NCBI GenBank assembly: GCA_051362555.1
Contig: CM120642.1
Coordinates: forward strand, 23,870,001 to 23,934,000
From: Lingula anatina
Lineage: Eukaryota > Animalia > Brachiopoda
Direction: 5' to 3'
Length of the DNA: 64,000 nt
Positions 24,987-38,294 of the stretch are shown here, one piece after another; position 1 is the stretch's first letter, and each line of letters starts with the position of its first letter. The position numbers were made by a program, and so were the translations under genes. The notes beneath the pieces are model-generated. The model saw only the letters and a list, made by a program, of their open reading frames with translations. It was not told where the DNA came from and did not search any database.

Positions 24987-25288
24987 GTTGGTCTAACTCG
25001 CAGAAAGGAGATTTTGTATTTACGAACTCATCAAACTTATTTTTAGGCATATTGATTTCTTAGATAATATTTCATATCAAAATTAAAATGACACTACCAA
25101 AAATGTATTTAATTATTTTAATTATAAAAAGTCAATGCGGAAGAAGGAGAGGACATTTCCGGTTGTCCTTGCCCCTTTGCGCCTGCGTGACAGTTCCAAA
25201 TCCATATTGAATGTACAGGAGAACTTGAACTGCTGTTGGAAGTGATAATAATTTATATTTGTTGGATTTATAACATACTGATGAAGTC
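24987..25288. promoter_or_regulatory. Bidirectional promoter / 5' UTRs shared by DAXX and the FNBP1-like gene
   Basis: Divergent ATGs with 302 bp between them. ETS-like GCGGAAG (~25137) and TTCCGG (25157-25162), NRF1-like TGCGCCTGCGT (25178-25188), YY1-like CCGCCATGTT over the DAXX start. CpG density is locally raised at 24440-25200. Confidence 0.8.
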
Positions 25289-25312
25289 ATGAGTTGGGGA
25301 ACAGAGTTGTGG
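25289..25312 (+). CDS. FNBP1L: FNBP1-like exon 1 (MSWGTELW)
   Basis: Family-diagnostic N-terminus followed by a GTAAGT donor. Confidence 0.93.
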
Positions 25313-28300
25313 GTAAGTAATATATATTTTCAATATTTTATAGGCCTCTGCATTTAAGAAAAATAGTAATTTGCGAAGATAAATTATTTCAAAATTGCGA
25401 AAGTCCGAATGTGACACAGCATTGCCACCCCTGTGGGTCATACCCACATTGAAATGGTGTGATTCAGTGACCAAAATTTTTATATTTATTTGTCTGTTGC
25501 ACAAGTTAGTATCAAAAACGGAATTTTTTCTTTTATTGGTGGTTACGGTTTAATGATCTGTTCACTTCTATAAGTAAAAAAATTGAAAGCGAGAGGCAAT
25601 GTGACTTATAATTCATAAACCAAACTGCCTTAGTGTTATGTATAGCGTGCATTGTACACGTTTGAAAGTTTGATAGATAAATCTATAAATATACTGATGC
25701 ACACTGGATTATGAATGCTTTTATAATTATGTGCATATAAAATGTTTACATGAGACAAAAAATGAACTGGAATATTGATTTGTGAGCCTAATGTAATTGC
25801 TGATGAGTGTATCCATTTTTAAAAATTCTGTCTGTCTGAAGAAATTTATTTCTCCCAACTATAAAAAATGCAGTGTGATGATATTGGGCTTATAAGAACA
25901 TGTGATTGGTGTTCTGTATCAGACAGATATACCTGAACAAAATTGTAACCTTTCGATGGGTTTCCCCAACGTTAAAAATGTAGGCCTGTAATTTTGGTCA
26001 CCGATTTACAGTAAGTCCAAAAACAAAAATACTGTCACTCTCCCGCAATTTCATAATTGTGCTAGTTAGCTGCCCAGCTGTCTTTGAAAATATAAGCCAA
26101 CTTTTGAGACCAGTGGCTGTCCAAATGACAGTGAGGTGGCTCTCTCAGGCCTACCCAACTACCAGATTCGGCACCAAATGATCCCAAATTCGTCGGTTTA
26201 TGGGACCACAATATCCATTTTCAAGGTGTGCATCAGTACGCATTTCACAGCATCATACCCCGGGACAAATTTTGAGATGAGATGCACTTCTTTCTAACCC
26301 CGCTGAGAATCATCACTATCACATCGCATACTAGGCAAGAGCTGTGTCGTGTCTGATACTTCGAAGCGCGTACTGACACACACCTTGAAAACGGGTAGTG
26401 TTGTCTGATCTACTGGTGAATTCAGAATTATTTGGTGCCCAGTCTGGTTGTTAGGTAGGCCTGTCTCTGGAGAAAGTCATGTTTGCAACGCATTGTCACA
26501 GCAAAACCATTTTAAGGACTACAGATATTATAAGCTTGGTTTAAATCTATGAATTTTAAAACCTGAAACGTGTCTGTCGTAATGACTGGATCTTTTCAAT
26601 AGGGAAATTGTGAATTTTACAGATGCTGTGTTTTTTAGGTCAAATTCTTAAAATTGAAATGTTGCTATTAAATGAAAGCAACAAAATTGAAAAGCAGGTT
26701 ATCCTGAAGTTTTGTTCTATGTAGTAAAAGCACCACAAATGCTATATAAAAGGATAATTGTTATGAATCTGAATGATTGATAATCTGAAAGATTGGTAAT
26801 TTTTGCCCATGAGAATGACCAAAGTCATCACTGTATCATGCAACTAATATATTTGATCTGACATGATATTATACTCAGATTTGAATACCATAATTTATTG
26901 TCAAGCTCTGAATTTCAACTCATAGAAGCACTGAATCCAGACCCTGAATCAACATTAGACAATGACAACATCAGACAATGAGATAATTTTGTGAAACCTA
27001 CAGAAATTATTTCTATGAGAGTGCCTCCACAGCCCCCTTGTATTTAGCTGTAAATTGCTAGTTTCTTGTCTTAGTTATCATATTATTATCTGACTACCTG
27101 AGTCCCTGGTAGAAGGGTGGAAAGATGGTGATTTCATGCCCTAATGCCTTAAAAGAATGTCTTCCTCCCTATAATTTGGCAGCTGGCATATTATCAAGTG
27201 GGCCATCAGAAAAATATAATTGTATTTGCTATGTAGCTGGCTGTTGAAAACGGGTCTTGGGTGGTTTCTTTTGTCGAAGATTGGAGGGAAAGCAGTGAAT
27301 CAAATGATGTCCTCTGTCTAGTGCTTGTTTTCTGCAATTTTTACTCCAGTATTCTACTGTATGTTGTATTGACTTTTCACAGTATGCACCTGAAATATAT
27401 ATTGTGTTGACTAATAAGGATTGGCAATACTAGGAGAAAGTATCCTGCACAAAAAAACATGGAGTTATTATAACAGCACAGTCTTTGCTGACAAACTTCA
27501 AAAAATGGACATCAGTATTTCTTTGACGAATAAAAGGCAATAAGGAGTGGTACATACAGCTGTTTACCATTGAAGTCAACATTATATTGAATACTTCAAA
27601 AGATATTGGTCTGGACTACACATAACAAAACTTTTTATACAGAAGTTGGATAGTTAAGAGGGTTTTTCTGTATACTGCATATATCTGACCCTCATAATTC
27701 TGTGTAGAAAAATTAGAATTTACAGTGCATCTGTCAGTTACACTGCGTCAGTTGACATGAGAAAAGGTCTGCTTGCTACATCTCGGCTGTCTGACTAGGA
27801 CTTCTCCTGCTGTGTTCTTTAGCCTGGTCCTGTCTGGTATTATTCACTGGCTGGCCCTGTGAGTGGGATGGCCACATAGTAATAGGTCAATCACATGGTT
27901 TGAGATGGAAATCGGCACTTCCACTGTACTCTACATGATCCCTGGCAGGAGTGACGTCATCTTTGTCGCCATGAAGCCATCCAGTCTTTCGCGACATATG
28001 AAGGTGAGGAAGCGGATGGAGGGAAGTTCCTGTGTTTCTTGTTGTTTGTTTAATTGGAGATGGTGTTTTGGGTCATATATTTCCCACCTGTACATAGATA
28101 CTACATTTGTATGTGGGGTCAGATACCTTTGTCCTCGATCATCCATTGTTGAGATTGTTAGTGGGATTTAATTGTTGTGAATTTGGGTTAGTTTTTTCCA
28201 GATGTAACATGTAATTTGGAAAGTCAAAGGAACAAATTTCCAAGCTTTGCATGAAGTGAATAATTATAGTATATTTTAGAGAGTGAATGCTTGGTGACTC

Positions 28301-31300
28301 TTTTCTCCTCTTCTGGTGTTTCAACAATAGATAGTTTAATATATGGATATCAGTCAAGAATACTGAATCAACCCTTTGTTATGTGGAAAACAAGTTCTGA
28401 ATACCAGTTTTTGGGATTTGAAACTATTCATCAAGATGTGCATTTATAGCCATTATATTGTCTGATTAAATGTGATCCTCAGTATTGATGCCTGTATAAG
28501 TAAATTGCTCTTCCTATTTCAAGCTGGCCAGGAGTTTCAATCACGTATATTTCTTACATGTGTTTATGTTACTGTCATTTAATATTTCACTCGGAGATCA
28601 TGGGATCTGTTTTCTATAGAAAGACGGGAATGTAGACAAATATAATAGTCACAATGCAAACAAGGGATCCAATCAATAAAACAAATAATATTCTGAAAGT
28701 ATCTGGTAAAGGTGATGTGCTACAAGTTTGTTTAAAGAGGAAATATTAAAGGTGTGATCTTGGACTGAATATTATACAATTTCAAGTCACCTTGTGTGCA
28801 GTTGATGCAGTGAAACTAGGATAAGTTAATTTTTTTATGTTGAAAGAATATTGAGTCAGTTGGTCTTGGATAGCACTCTTACAAAATGAAACACACTGAT
28901 ATTGGCTGTTGTGCATTTATATATATGGTCCATACAGATCTGATATTGATACGCAGGTATCATTATTAGATAGGTCAGGTTAGAAAATAGCTATGAATTG
29001 GTACAGATGTTTTTAACATTCATACTAGTATGCCTTTTATAATTTACATCACAAAGAAATTGCTCGCATTGATTACAAGTCATAAAAAAAATGCATCCAG
29101 TACAGTTTCAAATTGTCCTTGTAGACAGCTTTGCTTATGTATTAAAAACTCCCTTTTTTTTTTGGAACTTATCCTTTTAGTATTGATCTGCATGTACATG
29201 ACCTTATGGGGTCATGCTCTCATTAATCGGTTGCGTCAATCCATTTGCTGTAAAGCCTGCGCAATCAGTTATTTAGCAGGTGTCAATTGAATTTATTGAC
29301 TGACTGTTATGTCAGGAAGAAGTAAGATGAAGTAATATTGGTATTTTTAACAGTTTCAGTAGGTAACTGGTCATAGGCCATTACTCGGGTGATCATTTTA
29401 CAGACAGTTTGGTATTTAATAAGTGCTGCAGAAAACCACTAATCAGGATACTATTTTGTCCATTTGTTTGTTGGTTTCAGATGACAGTCACTGAAAGAGT
29501 GACGCAATTTTGGCTGTTGTGTCATTGAGTTTTGATTAGTTTTTCCTGGTAAGGCCATGTTACTGTATCCTAAAGTAAAGCTGAAAACTAAAGCCCTATG
29601 AAGGTCCTAATATCATAATCTGGTGCAGTTGAGGAAAACCTGACATTACCTTGAAATCTTCTAGAATGCCAATGTCTGTTTAATTTTATATAAACAAATC
29701 CTGATAGACTGTAAGTACTCCAAAACCCCTTTTATCCATAGAAATATGGCAAATCTATTCTTCTGTATTATCCGAAAAAGCAAGTTATCAAATTATGCCA
29801 TTCCATGGTAAGTCCTTAGCCATTCATAGAAGGGGCAAGTGGGATGTACAAAATGGCAGGTGGGGTTACCCCCTCCCACTTCCTCTGTTAAAACCTTGGA
29901 TCCCCTTGTGAGGCGCTTCTTTTAATTAACAAATGCATTGAGAAGTACTAGTACTGAACACCACGAAAGTAAAGTTCCATGTTTGTTGCAGAGTACATGC
30001 CCCATACATGCCCAGGTCGTTCACATGATAAGATAATGATGCTGTCACTTCCTGACACTAAACTGTACTAGTATAGAGGGAGTGTAGCCCATTGCCAGGT
30101 ATCATGGCCCTGATAAGACTCAGGGGTGACGTTCAGTAAGAACTTTAAGGTACATGAAGCAATATCACCTATTCTAGTACAGTAAGAATTCAGGCCTACC
30201 CAACTACCAGACTCGGCACCTAAGGATCCTGAATTAACCGGTATATCGGACCACACTACCCGTTTTCAAGGTGTGTGTCAGATCGCATTTCGGAGTATCA
30301 GCCAGAACACCGACAGGATGAGCCCTGACATGCTCGGCTGTCACCTTGATTGGATAGTAAACGATTGTCGTTAAATCACTATATGATTTTAAAACAGGGT
30401 GCATAATTTTGAAAGCCACCTAGATGAACCTTAGACTGCCACATTAATCTAATACAATGCAAAAAAGCCCTATCAGAAGTGGTTAAAACATTCAAACCGA
30501 ATGTCGTAAAGTCCCCATATATCCCCACAGAGACCATAAAATAGAGTACTCTAAAGTAAGAGTACAGTTTAAGGTTGTTCAGCCGAGCGTGGATGAGCCC
30601 GCAGTCGTGCTACAAAATTTGTTATGGGGTATGATACTCCGAAATGCGATCTGACACACATCTGATATACCGGTTAATTCAGGATCCTTAGGTACCGAGT
30701 CTGGTAGTTGGGTAGGTCTGGAATTGCAGGAGCTCCAAATCAGCAAGATAGATAACTCTGATGCAAAATTAATTGAGTAAATAATTACCCCCCTCCCCCC
30801 GTAAAAAAAAAAAAAAAAAGAAAAAATATATAAATGCAGTCTTAAACGATTTTCATATAATACCAGCTGGAACTGGCTGTAAAATACCTTGAAAGGTTTT
30901 TACTAGTCTTCAAGAACATCTTGTTGCAGTTACTAGTAAATATTTATGTAATATGAACTCAAATGTTTTAAATTCCCCCATAGATAAATTACCTCTGGAG
31001 GGCAGATTAGGATTTTTTGGCTTCTGGAAAGTACTCAAGATCCAAGTGCACCCATTTCCCCCTCAAGTTCCTTTGCTTTATGATTGAAGTACACCTTTTT
31101 TTTTACTCAAGGCCTTGCAATGAGCTGTAGAATACAGGTGCAGATACATAAAGTCTTGCCTTTTTTCCTGTATTTTTTATGTTAAACTATTTATCCTTTG
31201 ATTTTAAGGTCAGTTCCTGTCTACTGTGGGTGTGGGAGAGGAAGGGAGTATCAGTTCAGTGACCTAGATATGTGTAGTAAGGACCTAGGTATTGGCTGTT

Positions 31301-34300
31301 GGTTAGGGCTGCTGCCTCTTTGCATTTACACTAGTTCAATGTATATATGCTTGATTCCCTGTTATCTGGTGCAGGTGTGAGAATGATGTCAGTTTTTTTA
31401 AACATGTGGAAGTGAGGTTGAACCTGATGTCAACACAGGTGGAAGAAAGATGTCAGTGAACTGCAGTCAGCCATCACAACTTTTTAAGTTTTTTTTTTTT
31501 TTGTTTATTGTTGCTTTATAATGTGCTTTTTAGGCTGTAGCATTGTGGAGGTGTTTAGCACAAAACTTGAGATTTAGGCAGACTATAGGTTATATACATT
31601 TGTTTGCCATCCTGAGGCATTTTACTAGTATTCACAGACCATACGAGGATATAGTTGGGAGGTTTTAGACAACAATAATAAAAATAGCATGCAAAGCTAC
31701 ACAAGGTTCAGCCATTTATCAATGAATTATTTATTTTACTAAGTTTTTTTAACATATACTAGTAGTTAAATTTAATAGGGTTGTTAATAGGGTTAATAGT
31801 TTATGTTGATAGGGATATATAACCTGGCAGTACATATTTACACGACTGATGTAATTAAAATAAAAATAATTTAATGTTCTTTACAAACAAAGTCATACTG
31901 GTGTGTGCAAGCTTTGGTAATATATATCTCATTGTCATGTGATTGTTCAAGTCAGGGTGATTAACAGTGACAGGTTTCTTTTGTTTTCTAATTGCAATGA
32001 AAATATTTTAAGTGTTAGTGTAGTACAGACGTTGTCTTGTCTTCTGTTGGGTTAGGTGCCACAGTCTAATGTTTCCTGCACATCACTAATGGTAACCACT
32101 CAAGCTAGTCAAAATTAGGATAAGTTTGGCCACGACACATTTCTGTAATGGTCAGCAGTCAGATTGTCACAAGTTTTTAATTTCACATGCTAAGAATTTA
32201 TTTCATTCTTATTGTGGAGACAGTGTATAAGAAACTTTATAGAAATAAAAATGCCAGTGTGGTGTTGCAAGGTTGATGGTGTTATTAGTATGCAAACCAC
32301 TGCTGACAGTAGAAATTAATTTTCATTCTGGTAGTTGACAATGTCAGTGAGTGTGAAGCTGGAGTAAGCTTTTCCTGTTTGATAATTTTATCTGCCTTGA
32401 AATATTAGTCTTTAAACAACCTGGTACACTATTTAATATGCATAAATATATTTCAATCACAAATGGATTAAAAATGTATTGGACTTCCAAAGTCAGCATA
32501 CTAAAAAGTACATTATAATGCAACACAAATGTGGTGAAACAGTGCTCGCTGTAAGCAACCCAGAACTGACAGTGACATCATTTTATTGTCACACAGCCAT
32601 CAGCAGTATGACAATGAGCCTGTCACACAAATCAGATCTTTATCTCTTCTCGTCATTTGTCACCTAAGAATGTGTATCGACGCATTCCTCCGTGTTCTTT
32701 ACAACAGTATCTAAGATATGTTAATTTGCTTATTGATAAACTTTAACCATCCTGGTATGTGTTATTGTATTCAGTTAATGGTCTGCAACATTTGATACAG
32801 GAGAAGCAGGAATGGTGTGCAGAGTTTGTTTGAGCTATGCTAGGGATAAATTGGGTCAAAACAATAATATTTTACTTAATTCTTTTCTCAACTATCTTAT
32901 GATTTGGCTAAGGAAATAGTAATTCAGTAGATGGTTCATAATAATAATAATAATAATAATAAAACTGCCATGTGCTTATTGAATACAATATTTGGCATTT
33001 ATTTCACTTATCAGTATATCAAAACGTAGAATCAATTCCAAGTGAACATACACTATCTTTGTTCTTATGATACATTACTTATTATATATGACATACACAC
33101 ACACACACATATATATCCATATCTATCAAAAGAATAGATAATAGATGAAATACACAACATAGCTGTCTAATTGAACCATTCTACTTTGGTTTTAAGTACT
33201 ACATATAATTTATACCACCACAACTTTGACCTCCACCACAGATAAAATGGACCATATCTTCACATATTGGTGGTAGCCAGGACAACTAAGTGACCTATGC
33301 CAAATTTCCCTGCTGGCTGGCCACGTAGCGTATAGTACAGAGAATGAAGATAGCATTATCTCAGCAGTATTGATCTAGGTCTTGGTCTGGAGTCCCCTCT
33401 CAACATGTGCCTGTGTGAGTCACAGTCTTACTCTGAGCTCGTCATCTAGGCAATCAAATGAAATACATGTTTGCACAGTTTAATCAATTAAAATTATGAT
33501 CCGAGTGACAGACCCATTGCCTGACACAGCAGAGTTGCTGCATATAAAACAGGAATAATTACCAGGCTATGCCAGTGTAGCATTAAAAAAGCAGGGATAT
33601 ATATGTTGATCTAAGGCTGCTAGCTTTATGTGTACAGGGTGGTCCATTTTGGGAGGGGCATGTAAGCTGGATGAAATTGTGGCTTCTGCTAAAACTTAAT
33701 GTGTAAGGAAATAAAATGTGAATGGGCTTGCTGCTTGGCTACATGCCTTATGGGCTAACCTTTGCATCGGTCCTCTGCTAGGCTATATGCCTTTTGGGCT
33801 AATCCTTGAATAGGCCTTCTGCTAGGCTATATATGCCTTTTGGGCTAACCCTTGAATAGGCCTTCTGCTAGGCTATAGGTCTTTTGGGCTAACCTGTGAT
33901 TGGACTTTCTGCTTTAGCTACTAGTATATCCATTGAATGGTACCTTCCTTCTGAAATTTCTGCATTATGTCTAATAACAACTGTATGTCTTACAAATTCA
34001 TTACATATTAGAAGTATTTCATCTCATAACTAATAAAACTCTCGTTTCTATGTTAGTGGATAGCACTGGAAAACTTGGTCAGTGTAAGTAGGCATTGCCA
34101 GACTGCCATGAACATACGTACATAGACACCAAGTCTACAAAAAAAACCAAACATCAGACAAAGTGAACATCAATAATTATGAGGTTTAATGAGAACTTGA
34201 GTACAGATAGATTGTATAGATCTTTTTGTTACAAAATTAATTTATTAATGGCGTTTCCTTGTACATTTTTCTAGCTGACATAATTTCCTTGCAACTTTCA

Positions 34301-36486
34301 TTTGCTGTTGCCTGCCGTTCTGACAGCTAATGACAAGAATCGAAATTATGTCATTGACTCACCGCCAACCATTTTGTAAAATTGGAGTACTGCATGCAGC
34401 TTTTTTCACCGTGCAATACATTATTGATTGGACAAAAAAGTTTTTCTTTTCTTTTTGTTTAACTTATTGAAAGCAAATTATAAGAATGGAAATGAATTTG
34501 GGTTTTCAGTGGTGAGTTGTGTGAATGTTTTACAATCTAGTTTGCAAGACAAGTTCTAGTATTGGTGTTGGGAAAGGAGAGAAGGCGGAGTGTGGATTAT
34601 GAGAGGGAAGATAAAGCATGTACCTGACACATACAAATTGTGCCTGGCTCTGTCTCTTATCCTGGCAATCAAACAGTGAAGTCAATACATCAGTGAAATC
34701 TAAAGAAGCAATCTTATATCAGTACAATACTAGTATTAATAACACTGTATTATAAGGCTACTCTTTCCAGCATTCATTTAACGGATTTCTCTTCTAAGAT
34801 TAAAGTCGACCAGAGTGGCTTCCTGTGTTATTTGTGCAATTTTGTATTGAACTCACCACAAAATGACTCATCAGAGGGTCTTTGTGATGGTTCATTAGTT
34901 TTGTGTTGATCAGAAATATGATTGACCTGGTAGCTTCATTAGCTATCCAAATAAACCTCCATAATTACAATGTTTGAAGAATGAGGTCTAAAGAGTTCAT
35001 GTTTTACAAATGTTCCGAATAAAAACTCCACCTTGCTTTTGTGTGAATATAGGTGTCTGTACTGTTCCAGAATATAAGGTTTAGCTTTGTTATTAATTAT
35101 GACACACCTGTGGTAGAGTTCCTTTATCATATTGTTGGAAGAGGAGGGATGGGTTGAGATTTGGGTTATTTTATATGAGAGTTTTGCTTAGTATACTTAC
35201 TTTAAAGACTGGGTATAAAAATTACATTTTCGTAATTTTATCTCATGAAAGTACATGCATCTTCACACAAAAAGGAAATTTTGTTCAGAGGATTTAGGTT
35301 AAAGGATTTCATTCAATTTTGAGTGACCATATATCTATTTCCAAGAAGGAATTTTTGTGAAACATTTAATTTGCATCAGAAAGTATGTATGGTACTAGTA
35401 CAGCAAATTAATGGCTCATCTCACAAGATAATTGATGTGAAGGGAATCTTACACAGGATTTTAGTACAAAAAAACAGATATGTTTTAACTCAGGTCTTGA
35501 GCAGTTTTTGTAACTTGCCAGTAGTTACTTCATTTGATTCCAAACTCCAAAATGCCAAACATAATACTTTTTTTCTGCCCTCATGTTTTCCCCTTTGTAA
35601 ACAGTTACAATTATATCCATTTCTCTTGTTTTTATGGGATAGTAGATCCATTTCCTTGAAAATAGGATATGATGCGCCTTGTGAAGTTATTTTAGATAAT
35701 CCCCAAGGCGGACAGGTAGTAAATAAAAAAAGAAAACCTTGTATATTCTCCATTTAAAGTTGTGCAATAGTAATAGGGGGAAATTAAGTCACAAGTTGTC
35801 AGCCTTTAATTCAACCTCTTTGTAGGATCAGTTGCTTGGCAAGATAATTTGAAATATTCTAGAAAAGAAAGAAAAATATTATACTTATTATGTGTTTTAA
35901 TTATAAATATGTCAACAATACTGAGGGCAGTGATTCATGCCTAATTGAAATGTCACCCTGTTATGACAAGGACACATCCCTCACCTCTTGAATATTCCAG
36001 CAATTTACTATATTTACAAATCTCCCTTTGTGGGTGCTCAACTGTAATACTGTTGTCATTACTGGATGTGAAGTGCTTACACTTAATAGACGACATAAAT
36101 TCAATATTTTTATTTTTTCTTTCTTGTGGAAGTGAGTGAGTCATAAGTTACATGTACTTAGAATTGTGTCAACGGTGATTTATTCCTGTAGTTATCCCTG
36201 TGTGGTGGTTTTAAAGTATCGATTTCTATTGTAGGCGTCCCCAGATGAAAGGATGCCCAGAACCTTGCTAAACTTAGAGAAGCCAAAAAGTGTACTTGGT
36301 CTTGAGATAGGAATCGTATTTAAGATTAGGGGCAGGCTGATGACTTGCTCTGATTCTATCGAATCAATAATATTAAATACTTTAGGAATCAAACTCCCTT
36401 CTTTACTTGAACATTGTGCAGAGAAATTCCCAAACACATTGGGAGAGAGAGGGGGGATGGGGGGGGGGGTGCCAATCTCTCTCTCT

Positions 36487-36528
<42 letters not shown>

Positions 36529-38259
36529 GCTTGTTGCCCTGTTGCCATAACCTCTTGTGTCTTATCCCATCCTCTAGTCTTTATTTTTTGAAGTGTGTAA
36601 TTATGGAGGAATGCCTGTTGATTTATGGGAATGGGATCTCATTTTCTGGATTCCTCCATGTTGGAAACTTTGATAAACAAGGTTGAATAGTTTTATAACA
36701 ACCTAATAAAGGATACAATTTTTCTTAGTACTAGCCATTAATGACATATGCTACAACGAAAATACAGTTATTTGAAGATTGCCTCAGGTATGCTGTTCTT
36801 CACTAACACCAGAGAATCACTGTGGTGCACATTGCCATGTTGTTGTTATAAATGTTTTAGCTAAAACTGTAGCAATTATCTCAGAGGGTGACCTGACTGA
36901 AATAGTTTTCATGTTTGTGAGTTATAAATGGTTTTGGAATGCATAAGATAAGACAGTCATTTCACATCTAAAATTTCCCAAAGGCCCCTATGTAAAGGCA
37001 TTTTCTTCACCATGATGTAGATATTAGTACAGCATTCAGTAGTAACAGTAACAGTTCAAAACGTGCCCACTCTTTTTGTACATTGCTCTACATTTCAGGG
37101 ATGCCAAAGAAGTGGATGATAGATGATGCATGTGTACAAGAAACAGACAGATTCATGATTAGATAAACAGAAGTTTAAATAAATTGATTTTCATTTTCAC
37201 TTTTTACAACATTTACCCATGCCTAAGATAAGGATGGATTAATCGATTTAAAAAAAAGTCAATTTTATTTTCCATCTCATCCCTTCACGTCCACCTGAAT
37301 ACCCACATGAAATGGTCAGTCAACACCTGACCAGCACATGACAGTCTCCAACAGTATTGTGGACGTCATCCATCAGGTAGATTTGTAGCCTTGTGCCTGA
37401 CACTGCCCAGCTTGGTAGACATTGTGGACAGTGATTTACTGGCTTGGATTACATGATGACCATGTTTGGCCGACACAGTGTTTGGTTGTGTGGTTGGTGT
37501 TCCTTATTTAAAAGTGCCACAGTATTTGGTTGATGTTCATTACAACTATATGAATGTTAAATGCACTTCGATGCTGTTTGTAAAAGGCAGTAACACTTTG
37601 GATATTTAGTATCTGTAGATCATTAAGTTGACCATGACGGTTAAAGCAAATGATTTTTCCTATATCTATGAAGATAAGAAGAAATAGCTGCAAAGATGGT
37701 GAAATAGGATTTTCATTGAATGTCTCTTGTGTATTGATCATAAAAAGTAGATTAAAAATTTTTAAGAAACTAAACATTGACGAGTCAGTCACATGATCAA
37801 TGTCCTTTGAGGGAGGGTCTAAAGCAAGCTTCAGAAAGCAAGCTTGCAAAGAGCATTGAGCTTTAACATGTGCTTTTGAAATGGATAATTAAAGCAGGGA
37901 GTTAAGTTTGGTGTAGCGCAGCAAGATTATTATTCATATTTCAAGTCATGAGTTAATGCAAGCATCCCATTCTATGTACGATGTTTATGAAGGGGAGTAG
38001 GAAGAGGGGTGCGTGACAGGGCATAGATGATTTAATGCCTCCTTGCACATAGACCAGATTATATCTTCTATATACATATGTAAACATCCATATATATATA
38101 GTATAGATGTAAGTCATATTTAATCTGCGCAGGGTGTTTTCTAAGGGTGTGGCTATACACTTTGGGGTTAATGTGAGTTTATCACAGTGGTGGAAAAAAG
38201 TTACTTGTTCTTAATTATTTATTTATTCATATAACATGTTCTGTGCTATTTTATACCAC

Positions 38260-38294
<35 letters not shown>

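Noticed and set aside
26146-30720. 5-bp-TSD elements as ProtoRAG/Transib with RSS-like ends
   Set aside because: Termini are CAGGCCT, not CAC heptamer-like; no nonamer and no RAG-like ORF is visible.
33722-33920. 44-bp repeats considered as CRISPR-like or iteron-like
   Set aside because: Contiguous minisatellite without spacers.
35323-35757. 144-aa intronic ORF and its antisense partner
   Set aside because: Non-ATG start, AT-rich intron-like composition, no recognisable motifs or fitting splice sites.
36192-36686. ORFs with RERERE / SLSLSL runs
   Set aside because: Translation of a (CT)n microsatellite.
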